From assembly GCA_965213925.1 (NCBI GenBank), contig OZ243927.1, forward strand, positions 3,456,001 through 3,520,000: a DNA stretch of 64,000 nt, written 5' to 3'. Both the position numbers and the translations under genes were made by a program. The notes beneath the pieces are model-generated. The model searched no databases. It was given only the letters and a program-made list of their open reading frames with translations, and had not been told where the DNA came from. This DNA is from Trueperaceae bacterium. GTDB taxonomy: Bacteria > Deinococcota > Deinococci > Deinococcales > Trueperaceae. The number at the start of each line of letters is the position of its first letter. Positions within the stretch are counted from its first letter, which is position 1. Below are positions 20,907 through 29,709 of this stretch, in pieces.

Positions 20907-21639
20907 CTAACTTCCCCTTAGTTGGCAACCTTCAGAACATCTCTCTAGGAGATTGACCAGTCCCACGTCAGCACCCTTTCGGGTTGAGTATCGGCTCTAT
21001 CTAGCCCCTTATGATTTCGGGTCGCCTTTCGGCGGCTAGCCTTCGCTTCTTGGGACCTCCTATGCCCGCTGGAGCGTTCGGCGTTCCTTACGGTTCGCTT
21101 ACCTGCAACAGGACTCCAACGGGGTTTCCGTGTTCCACTTGTGTGAGCTGCGACCGGGTTAGGCGTGCTCTCTACTCCGGGGTCATGGTGTCCTCGTGCA
21201 GAACGCGCGTACTCTCTGCACCTGTTGAGGCGAGATACCTTATCCTTAGCCTCGACCCGACCATGCCTTATCAACCATCCTTCGACAAACCGAACTAACG
21301 GAGCTTTGACCGAGCATTCACGTTCGTTCGCCTTACCGGTCTTTCCCTCACCCGAGTCTCTACGATGGTTTAGATTCTCTTAGGCTTTACCTCCAGCTTC
21401 ACACCTTGCCATTACTGGCAACGCATGTGGAAGTCGGGAATGAGCCTGGACACTGGCTCAGAGTTCTTTTCCTCCTTCCTAACTCACTCACTTCAAGCGA
21501 CTTCACGTCGCACACGCGCGCGTTAGTCGCAGCAGGATAGAGATTCTAAATGTCCGGAGAGCAACCCCTTTCCAAAAGAAAAGCCGTAGAAAATATCGAA
21601 CAAAGCTGAGCTTCAACGCGCCTTAGAAATCGGAAAACT

Positions 21640-21990
21640 ATGAAAAATTTCCTCAAAGTCAAAGTGCTTCTTTTTACCCTTCACCACCAACAACTTCAAG
21701 ATAATGAGGCTGTTCTCGCGGCGCTCGAGCGTCAAGGTTAAGCCTACGGTTCAGAGTTAGCCGCCTACACCCACGAGGCCACGAACGGTGAGGTTAGCCT
21801 CTCCGCTAGCAGCCTCTACACCGGGTTGCACCGGCTCTGAGGCGAAGGGTTCGTCATGCGTCAGCCGGGCAGCGGTAAGAAGGGTCGGCGTGTCGACCTC
21901 TATACGCTAACCCCGAGTGCTCAGGAGGAACCAGAGAGACGACGCGTCCAGGACCAGCGTTTGATGAGCGGTATCGTCCGCTTGATCAGA
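21640..21990 (+). pseudogene. PadR-family regulator with two in-frame stops
   Basis: VLAALERQG*AYGSELA...SSLYTGLHRL*GEGFV...RRVDLYTLT. Confidence 0.7.
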
Positions 21991-22005
21991 AAGGAAACAG
22001 AAACT

Positions 22006-22731
22006 ATGCTCGCCCCTATCTACTTAGACACACAGAAAAACCTCTTCAAAGTCACCTCCATCGCCGAACTCGGTATCGACCCGCAACTCACTGACGACCT
22101 CAAGCCGAGCTTCGAAGCTCTGTCGCCGGACGAGTACGACTTAGAGTTGTACGGTTGGGACAAACCCAAGCGCTTTAGGGCGCAGACGAACGCGGAGCTT
22201 ACGCTCACGAACGAGGGCTGCGACGTGCGCTACTTGCCGCAAGAGGCATTTATCCAGGATTCGGGTGACCAACGCACCCGTGAACGGTGGTTTGACATGA
22301 TCGCGCCGGAGGTCTTAGAGCACCCTGGGTTCAAACAGCTCTTGGGCGCGGGTGCATTGATGGTCAAGGAATACTTTCCCTACGTGACGAGGCTCAAACT
22401 AGGCGTTCATCAGATGCTCGTCGTGACGACAGACCAGCAAGACCCCGCCACGAATAGCCCAGAAGGGATGCACCAGGACGGTTGGTCGTGCCCCTTTATC
22501 ATCTCAGCGATCCCTATCATTCTGGAGGACGTGCAGCAGCGCACCGCCGAGTCGGTCATCTACGCCAGCGACAAGGAGACCGTGCTGTGGCGCGGGCAGC
22601 TTCAGGAAGGACAGATCATCTTCCAAGACGACACCTACTTGTGGCACCACGTCACCCCTGTGGGGAGCCAGAACGAACACATTCCGACGCGGCGCGGCAT
22701 CTTAGGCATTGACTTTTCGATCCTCGAGTAG
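22006..22731 (+). CDS. 2OG-Fe(II) dioxygenase (2OG-Fe_Oxy_2/BsmA-like)
   Basis: NSPEGMHQDG (HxD), WHHVTP, RGIL; AAGGA RBS before ATG 22006. Confidence 0.8.
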   Translation: MLAPIYLDTQKNLFKVTSIAELGIDPQLTDDLKPSFEALSPDEYDLELYGWDKPKRFRAQTNAELTLTNEGCDVRYLPQEAFIQDSGDQRTRERWFDMIAPEVLEHPGFKQLLGAGALMVKEYFPYVTRLKLGVHQMLVVTTDQQDPATNSPEGMHQDGWSCPFIISAIPIILEDVQQRTAESVIYASDKETVLWRGQLQEGQIIFQDDTYLWHHVTPVGSQNEHIPTRRGILGIDFSILE

Positions 22732-22847
22732 CCCTACTCATTCCTACATACCCCTTTCCACGTACTTAGCGCCGCCGAGTTCGTCGGGGGAAGCGACCTG
22801 CGGCGCGCATGTGACTTCAAGCCCTCTCGCCTACCCTTGGAGGTACC

Positions 22848-24506
22848 GTGAACGCTCGTCTCTCCCTCATCTTCTTGTTCCTCTTCTCAGCCGCCTTCGC
22901 CCAGGTCGGTCCTGCCACGCCCCTCGAGGCTGTTCCTTTAGTCGAGCGGATTCAAGCGCAAACGCCCGCCCCCTATGACGGCACGCTCCGCTGCCACACC
23001 ATCACTTGGGGACCCGACTTCGTGCCTTGGACTTTACAGGAGGAGGGCGCGTTCGCGGCACGTGGCTTAGACGTTACGCATACCAACGAGGACGTCATCG
23101 CCGAGCAAATCGAGGCTTACCTGAGCGACCACGTCTGCTTGCGCGGCACGGTCGAGCAGGTTGTGCAGGTCGCGGACGCCCTCCACACGGCGGGCTTGGA
23201 GGCTTACGCGCCCGTCGTTAGCCTCATCCACTCCTTTAGCGCAGGCGGCGACGTGATCGTCGGCGGCGCGGAGGTGAACCGGGTCGAAGACCTCTGCGGG
23301 GCAACAGTGGCGGCGCAACGCGACGGACCCTCGCTTGCACTACTCGTGAACGTGGTGGCGGACGCTTGTCCCCAGGGATTTGCCGACCTGAACATCCTCT
23401 GGACGGAAGACTTCGTCGGCTTTCAAGGGGTGAGTAGCCCAGGCGCAGCGCTCTTAAAAGGCTTAGCGGACGCTGCACTCGTCATCACTCCTGACGCACT
23501 TGCCCTCACAGGCGAGGGTGAATACGCCTTGCCAGGTGCAAATATCGTGATCGGTACGGACACGGCGCGGCGGGCGGTCGCGGATGTGGTGGCGTTTCGC
23601 AAGGACTTCATCGAGACCTATCCTGACATTGCCCAAGCGTATGTTGAGACTGTTCTCACAGGTCACGAGACCGTGGCGCAAGCCCAGCGCGGCGCGGCGT
23701 ACGAGACGCTTTTAGAGGTCGGCGCGGCGCAGGTGCTCGACCTGCCCGGCAACTTGGAGGAGGCTGAACTGCTCCTTAAAGACGCAGAAATCGTCCGTAT
23801 GCCTGGCAATGTTACGTTCTTTACGCAGCCCAGTAATCCCGTAGGCTTCGAGGGGGTGGCGCAGCGGGCGCAGGCGAACTTGCGGCAGCTCGGGCTTTTG
23901 AGCGGGGCGGACTTTCGCCTCGAGCAAGCGAACTGGAACTACCAGACCTTTTCGCCCGATCTCTTAGCGGTAAAAGGCGTTACACTGCCCGAAATTGACC
24001 CTACACAAGCCGCCGCAGCCGTACAAAATAGCGACAGGCTCTTCTGCTTCGCGGTGACCTTCGCACCCGAGCAGACCACATTTCCCATTGAGGTCTACCG
24101 CGCGGACTTCGACCGGGCGATTCGGCAAGCCGCCATCTTCCCTAACGTGCTCTTCACTTTGGAGGGCAACATGAGCGTCAACCGCTTCGTGCGCCTCTAC
24201 CGCGAAGGAGCCGAGCAGCCCGTGCTAACGCGGATGCAGCAGCAAGCCCGCTCGACCTCGTACGCGAGAGCCGAGAGTGTATTGGAGGGGCTCAACGCCC
24301 ACGCTGAGGCGCAAGGGGTCGGCAGCTTCAGACCGGACCAGTTCGTCATCATCGGCAATGGGATAGAGAGCCCCCAGCGCGGCTTCGACGCGAACGGCGT
24401 TCCTGTACCCGCTGCCACCGAAGCCGAGTGGAACGCAGACCGCAACGTTTCGGTCTGCGCCACCACCATTCAGGTCGAGGACGAGACCTTCGTCCCCTTG
24501 GACTGA
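22848..24506 (+). CDS. Secreted PBP-II/NMT1-like binding protein fused to an OmpA-like domain
   Basis: Signal peptide; SFSAGGDVIV; C-terminal F..EQ..F, EG, S.ARA.SV, G.G, DR.V. Confidence 0.75.
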   Translation: MNARLSLIFLFLFSAAFAQVGPATPLEAVPLVERIQAQTPAPYDGTLRCHTITWGPDFVPWTLQEEGAFAARGLDVTHTNEDVIAEQIEAYLSDHVCLRGTVEQVVQVADALHTAGLEAYAPVVSLIHSFSAGGDVIVGGAEVNRVEDLCGATVAAQRDGPSLALLVNVVADACPQGFADLNILWTEDFVGFQGVSSPGAALLKGLADAALVITPDALALTGEGEYALPGANIVIGTDTARRAVADVVAFRKDFIETYPDIAQAYVETVLTGHETVAQAQRGAAYETLLEVGAAQVLDLPGNLEEAELLLKDAEIVRMPGNVTFFTQPSNPVGFEGVAQRAQANLRQLGLLSGADFRLEQANWNYQTFSPDLLAVKGVTLPEIDPTQAAAAVQNSDRLFCFAVTFAPEQTTFPIEVYRADFDRAIRQAAIFPNVLFTLEGNMSVNRFVRLYREGAEQPVLTRMQQQARSTSYARAESVLEGLNAHAEAQGVGSFRPDQFVIIGNGIESPQRGFDANGVPVPAATEAEWNADRNVSVCATTIQVEDETFVPLD

Positions 24507-24509
24507 GCG

Positions 24510-25310
24510 ATGAAGACGCTTGTCAAAACACTCGTTATTGTTGCGATGGGGTTTGGTCTCATCACGCTTCTACTCGAGACTGAGCCAGAAGAGACGGCGG
24601 TGCGCTCAGCGGACCAGACGATCTTGAGCCGACATTCACGTGGACTCGTCGCCGCGTGGCCGCTAGAGGACGAAAGCGTGCAGACCTCAGCGGTAGAGGC
24701 CGTGCACCCCACCGCTGGCAACTACCTGGTCATCTTCGACGGCTCGGGCAGCATGAAGGGCGCGAAGCTGCGCGACGCCAAAGACGCCGTCGCGATTTTA
24801 AGTGAGACCGTGCCTGAAAGCGACCACCTCGGGCTTATCGCCTTCACGGACGAAGGGCTTTTTGGCAGCGACAGCGTAGAACTCCTCACGCCGCTAGGTC
24901 GCGGCGCGGCGAACCGCGCCGCCTTTAAGGAGGCGCTAGAACGCATCGAAGCGGGCGGGGGGACGCCTTTGGGTGAAGCCCTCGAGCTAGGCGTCACCAC
25001 GCTCTCGCGGATGGCGCAGACGCAGCGCACGTTGGGCGCACACTACACGCTCCTCATCGTCACCGACGGCGAGGCGAGTGACGGTGAAAGGTTGCGGCGG
25101 GTACTCGCGCAGATGCTTCCAGCCGACGCGCCGCCGCGCTCGCCCATCGTCTTCCAGACCGTCGGCTTCGGTATCGACGAGCGGCACGTCCTCAACCAGC
25201 CGGGGCGCACGCTCTACGCCTCTGCGCGGGACGGCGCGGCGCTACGTGAAGCGCTTAGGCGCGTCGCCGTCGAGGAGCAGAACTTTGCCGCGGACACGCA
25301 ATTTCAGTGA
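24510..25310 (+). CDS. vWA domain protein with N-terminal anchor
   Basis: MIDAS motifs DGSGS, GGTP, VTDGE. Confidence 0.88.
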   Translation: MKTLVKTLVIVAMGFGLITLLLETEPEETAVRSADQTILSRHSRGLVAAWPLEDESVQTSAVEAVHPTAGNYLVIFDGSGSMKGAKLRDAKDAVAILSETVPESDHLGLIAFTDEGLFGSDSVELLTPLGRGAANRAAFKEALERIEAGGGTPLGEALELGVTTLSRMAQTQRTLGAHYTLLIVTDGEASDGERLRRVLAQMLPADAPPRSPIVFQTVGFGIDERHVLNQPGRTLYASARDGAALREALRRVAVEEQNFAADTQFQ

Positions 25311-25331
25311 AGCAATTCGCCCAAGTACTGA

Positions 25332-25555
25332 TAGCACTTCCAAGATGTACTGAGACAAATGAGCGCAGGTATCATCCCGGAACGTGCGTGCTGAACTGTG
25401 TTTTCTACAGTGAGAGTGTTGCTTCGCATAACTTCGTTCACTCAAACCAGATGATACCTGCTATGAGTTGGAATAGCGCAAGTCTCATTTTCAAGCGTAT
25501 GTGCTTAGCAGTGTTCCATTCAGTGAGCGCGTTCCAAACCAAATGATACTTGCTA
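25332..25555. repeat. Two adjacent MITE-like repeats (25332-25463; 25474-25555)
   Basis: TAGC...ATGATAC(C/T)TGCTA termini; relatives at 42440, 43688 and 50352. Confidence 0.65.
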
Positions 25556-25574
25556 CGAAGGAGGCGAAGAAACC

Positions 25575-27113
25575 GTGAGACGCACCACCCCTCTTCTCCT
25601 TGGGCTTTTCGCCCTCTTCGCCTTAGGTGCGCTGCTGACTAAAATGCTCGGACCGACCCTCGCCCACTCGCGCTGGCTGAGCGGGAGCGACGCGCAAGGG
25701 CTCGAGCGGGTGACCGTCGCCTGCGACCCCTACTTCGCGTACGGGGCGCTCTTTGGCGATACGAACCGCGCCCTGCTGCGGGCTCGTGGGTACAGCTTAG
25801 AATGCGACAACGACAATGCCGACTACGCCGCGCGAAGTGCCGCGTTATCCGAAGGTCGCGTGCCCTCCGCCGTCTTTACGAGAGGCGCGTATGTCCAGGT
25901 CGGCGGACCCGCCTGGGACGCGGTCGAGGTTGCCGTGTTGAGCGAATCGCGAGGGAGTGACGCGCTCGTCGGGCGCGGCGAGTTGAACACCCTCGCGGCG
26001 TTGCAAGGGGCGCTCTCGAGCGGCAAACCGCTCAACATCGCAGTCACGCCCGCTTCGCCCTCCTGGACACTCCTTAAAACGGTGGAGAACACCTTCGGTC
26101 TCGAGCTTAACGACGCCAACATCGTCTTCGCGGAAGGCTCGAGTGACGCCTACGAGAGGTTGGCACGCGGCGAGGTCGGCGCTGCCGTCCTCTGGCAACC
26201 CGACCTGGCGCAGGCGTTCAAAGACCCGGGCGTCCACGAACTCATCAGCACCGCCGACACGCGCAACCTGGTCGTAGACATCCTCTTGGTCAACCGCAGC
26301 TTCGCCCAGCGCCGCCCCGAGGTGGTCGCGGCGGTGGTTGAAAGTTTCTACGAGACGCTCGAGCTGTACCGCCAAGACACCGCCTTGCTCGTTCGCGACG
26401 TTCGGCGCTTTAGCCGCACCTTCGGACACCGCCTCTCGGACGATGAGGTGCGCACGATGCTTGCAGGCGTAGACTTTCAATCTTTAGCGGACAACGCCCT
26501 GACCTGGTACGGCGTCGCCGACAACGACAAAGGGCTGCGCACTTACGCCGCCGCCGAGAGCTACCGCTACTTAGAACGCACCTTTGTGGACGTCGGTGTG
26601 TTGGCGCAGCCCGTTCTACCCGCTGCCGGAGGTGACGCGCTCACAAGCAGCCGCTTCGTCGCTCAGGCGGCGCAGGGCAAACCGCTGGCGCAGCGCCAGG
26701 CGACCTCGTTTGCGGCGCTTGCGGGAGATGAATGGGCAGCGCTGGAGGTCGTCGGTACGCTTCGGGCGAGACCTATCGGCTTCAGCGCGTCGCGCTCAGA
26801 CCTCTCGAGTCGGGGCAAACGCGCCCTCGCTGAGGTCGCCGCCGACCTCTCGGCTTTTGGCAGCTTCCGGCTGCTCATCGAGGGACACACGAACGCGGTG
26901 GGCGACGCAGAGCGCAACCTCGCCCTGTCGCGTGCCCGCGCACAGGCGATTGCCGACTACCTCGCTGAGCGCCACGCGGTCGACCCCGCTCGCTTACACG
27001 TCGTCGGCTATGGAGGTGCAAAGCCGCTCCCGTGTCCGCCCGGAGACTCTGCCCGCGCCTGCGCCTCGCGTCAGCAGCGCAGCGTCCTCACCTTTTTGAG
27101 CCCCGACCTATGA
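25575..27113 (+). CDS. Second PBP-II binding protein + OmpA-like domain
   Basis: SESRGSDALV, AAVLWQPD; IEGHT..G...NLALSRARAQA...GYG. Confidence 0.8.
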   Translation: MRRTTPLLLGLFALFALGALLTKMLGPTLAHSRWLSGSDAQGLERVTVACDPYFAYGALFGDTNRALLRARGYSLECDNDNADYAARSAALSEGRVPSAVFTRGAYVQVGGPAWDAVEVAVLSESRGSDALVGRGELNTLAALQGALSSGKPLNIAVTPASPSWTLLKTVENTFGLELNDANIVFAEGSSDAYERLARGEVGAAVLWQPDLAQAFKDPGVHELISTADTRNLVVDILLVNRSFAQRRPEVVAAVVESFYETLELYRQDTALLVRDVRRFSRTFGHRLSDDEVRTMLAGVDFQSLADNALTWYGVADNDKGLRTYAAAESYRYLERTFVDVGVLAQPVLPAAGGDALTSSRFVAQAAQGKPLAQRQATSFAALAGDEWAALEVVGTLRARPIGFSASRSDLSSRGKRALAEVAADLSAFGSFRLLIEGHTNAVGDAERNLALSRARAQAIADYLAERHAVDPARLHVVGYGGAKPLPCPPGDSARACASRQQRSVLTFLSPDL

Positions 27114-27123
27114 GCCGCAACTT

Positions 27124-27894
27124 ATGAGCCGCAGCAGCAAATTCAGTTATGGGCGTCTGCGCCGCGAAACGCTCAGCCGCGACGTGCTGCAAGACCCGCT
27201 GGGGCTCGGAGGTCTACTGAGCAGCGCGGCGTCTCTCGTCGTCAGCGCACTCTGGACTAGCCCGCTCGCGTTAGTGGTCGGCGCAGCTCTCGGCGGGCTC
27301 GCGCTGGTACGGTTTCTCGTCCTCTATATTCGCCGGAATGAACTCGTCGAGCGGCGCTTACATGCCCACTTCGAGGAAGAGAAGCGGCTTAGCGAGCGGG
27401 AGAACGCGGAGACGTTGGACGCACTCCAGCGCAGCTTGAACGCCTTAGCGCCGGAGAACGCCCGGCAGCTTGAACGGCTCGAGGAGGCGTTCTCCGCCCT
27501 GTCGCGGGTGGTCGAACAGCGCTTCCCGGCCGGCAGCCTCTCAGCAGAGCGCTACTTAGGTGGCATCTTAGAGACTCGGCGCGTCGTGCTTCACAATCTG
27601 CACCAGGTGACGCGCTATCTGCAAGCCGCGCAGGTTACAACAACCAATCACGAGCGCGTACACGAAGAAAAAGAGGTGCTTTTAGAAGAGGTGACGCGCT
27701 TCACTGAGCAAAACGAGCTGCTTATCGGTGAGCTGCACGCGCTGAGGCTCAAACTGGTGCGCGTGCCCCTCGCCGGGTCGCACGCCCCGCTGAGCACGCT
27801 GGATGCACCGTCAGACGAAGAGGTCAGCAGGCGCTTGGACCAGCTCGCCCAAACAACTGAGCGCATGGTCACAGAATTGCGGAGACATCCGTGA
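27124..27894 (+). CDS. Membrane + coiled-coil protein (possible XpaC-like TelA partner)
   Basis: Two N-terminal TM segments, helical C-terminus, directly upstream of telA. Confidence 0.55.
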   Translation: MSRSSKFSYGRLRRETLSRDVLQDPLGLGGLLSSAASLVVSALWTSPLALVVGAALGGLALVRFLVLYIRRNELVERRLHAHFEEEKRLSERENAETLDALQRSLNALAPENARQLERLEEAFSALSRVVEQRFPAGSLSAERYLGGILETRRVVLHNLHQVTRYLQAAQVTTTNHERVHEEKEVLLEEVTRFTEQNELLIGELHALRLKLVRVPLAGSHAPLSTLDAPSDEEVSRRLDQLAQTTERMVTELRRHP

Positions 27895-28005
27895 AGACCG
27901 CTCGAGTTTTCATATCGAGTCTCTCCGCGGTGGATTTTGCAGCGGATGTAGACGCAGTGCGACCTTTTATCACCACAAACTCCAACCGTAAAGAAAGGAC
28001 ACCCC

Positions 28006-29238
28006 ATGCCCGACTCCCTCCAGCCCCCGCAAGTTGAGATGTTAGAGCCTCCTAAGCCCGTTCAGCCCGTCGAGAAAGCGCACGCCGAGAGGATGATTCG
28101 CCTAAATGAGGTGACGCAAAGCGTGTTGGACGAGAAAGTCCGGGGCTTTGTCGAGAGCGTCATCAGCTCGCCGCCGCAGAGTGACGCCTTCCAGAGCAAG
28201 GTCGCCGCAGTCCACAACCTCGGCAACGAGGACATACGCGCCGCCTCCTCAGTCTCCAACCGCTTTTTGGAGCGCCCGGCGAGCGCACTTTCGGGCGGGC
28301 TCGACAGCAAGTCGAAGGTCTCCAAGACGCTCATCGACCTGCGTAAGACCGTCGAAGACCTAGACCCCTCGAAGCAGGGTGACCTGTTCGCGCCCAAAAA
28401 GCTCTTTGGTCTCATCCCGGTGGGGAGTAATATTCGCGACTACTTCCTCAAGTACCAGTCCTCGCAGCAACACTTGGGCCAGATTTTGACCTCGCTCTAT
28501 AACGGTCAAGACGAGCTGCGCAAGGACAACGCGACTATCGAGCAGGAGAAGGTCAATTTGTGGGAAGCGATGGAGAAGTTGGAGTCGTATATCTATCTGG
28601 CGCGGAAAGTGGACGAAGCGCTCTTAGCACGTGCGGACAAACTCAAGCGCACCGAGCCCGAAAAAGCCCGCGTGGTTGAAGAGGAGATGCTCTTTTACTT
28701 GCGGCAGAAAGTGCAGGACTTACAGACGCAGCTCGCCGTCTCTATTCAGGGCTATCTAGCGCTCGACATGGTCCGCAAGAACAACTTAGAACTCATCAAG
28801 GGTGTGGACCGCGCCTCGACCACGACGGTGTCGGCGCTGCGCACGGCGGTCATGGTCTCGCAGGGACTGGCAAATCAGAAGCTCGTCTTGGACCAGATAG
28901 ACGCGCTTAACGCGACTACAGGCAATCTCATCGCGTCCACCTCGGCGCTCTTGAGAAAGCAATCCTCGAGCGTACATACGCAGGCGGCTGGAGCGACCGT
29001 GGATGTCGAGCAACTCCAGAAGGCTTTCAATAATGTTTACGCAGCGGTGGACGCGATTTCTGAATACAAGCAGGCAGCTCTAGGCGTGATGCAGCAAACC
29101 GTAGACACGCTCGAAGCGGAGATTGGCAAGTCGAAGACGTATCTGGACCGGGTACGCAATGAGCAGGTGGCGGGGGCGACAGCGGATTTGACGCTCGAGG
29201 TTCCAGACAACGCAGCGGATAACGAACTTAGGCTTTAA
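28006..29238 (+). CDS. telA: Toxic anion resistance protein (TelA family)
   Basis: LRKTVEDLDP, YF.KYQSSQ, GQDELRKDN, NNLELIKGVDRA.TTTVSALRTAV. Confidence 0.9.
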   Translation: MPDSLQPPQVEMLEPPKPVQPVEKAHAERMIRLNEVTQSVLDEKVRGFVESVISSPPQSDAFQSKVAAVHNLGNEDIRAASSVSNRFLERPASALSGGLDSKSKVSKTLIDLRKTVEDLDPSKQGDLFAPKKLFGLIPVGSNIRDYFLKYQSSQQHLGQILTSLYNGQDELRKDNATIEQEKVNLWEAMEKLESYIYLARKVDEALLARADKLKRTEPEKARVVEEEMLFYLRQKVQDLQTQLAVSIQGYLALDMVRKNNLELIKGVDRASTTTVSALRTAVMVSQGLANQKLVLDQIDALNATTGNLIASTSALLRKQSSSVHTQAAGATVDVEQLQKAFNNVYAAVDAISEYKQAALGVMQQTVDTLEAEIGKSKTYLDRVRNEQVAGATADLTLEVPDNAADNELRL

Positions 29239-29393
29239 GGTTTGACAGAGAGATGAGGGTAAGGGGGATAGGGAGAAAAAGCGTTGCCGCCTCTCCCTTT
29301 TCCCTGTCCTTTCAGAAGATACAGTGCAACGCCTTCTTTCTAACTCTCGCGCTCACATCACTTTTAACGAGCTGCGGATAGGAAACAAACACC

Positions 29394-29597
29394 ATGCGCG
29401 TCTTGGCAGGCTCCGAACTCAAGGATTTGGAACCGCTTCTTAGCGACACCAAACGCGAAACGAGGGTGGCGCTCGAGCTTCCCGATAACGAGATGAAAGA
29501 GTCCGTTCAGAACTTTAGCCGTAAGAATACAGATAAGCGCTTGTCGCACGTCAGATTTCGGAGGAGAAATTTGGGAGGAGAAATTTGGGAGGAATGA
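29394..29597 (+). pseudogene. N-terminal fragment of a substrate-binding/vWA protein
   Basis: RVLAGSELKDLEPLL motif, after which similarity is lost. Confidence 0.5.
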
Positions 29598-29709
29598 CCT
29601 ATTCGTGCAGTAAACTTCTATGACAATATGTACTGAACGGTCAATAGATTGTGGTTCCTTTGATCTCTGCGGAATAACTGCGTATTTCAGCCTAATTTGA
29701 CTATTGATT

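Larger units (their letters stand above)
18247..21513 (-). mobile_element. Outer group II intron (IIB, chloroplast-like class), ORF deleted, interrupted in domain V
   Basis: 5' GTGCGACGTG at 21513; 3' ...CTACCCGAC at 18247; DV reconstitutes as GAGCCGTGTGCGGTGAAAGT|CGCACGCACGGCTC. Confidence 0.88.
18235..21535. repeat. 34-bp lox-like site #6, split by the intron pair (18235-18246 + 21514-21535)
   Basis: Removing 18247-21513 restores CTTCTGCGTGTGA CGCGCGCG TTAGTCGCAGCAG. Confidence 0.85.

Noticed and set aside
21294..21300. ACTAACG match as EBS2 of the outer intron
   Set aside because: About 85 nt from EBS1 and probably part of a structural stem; cannot be assigned without folding.
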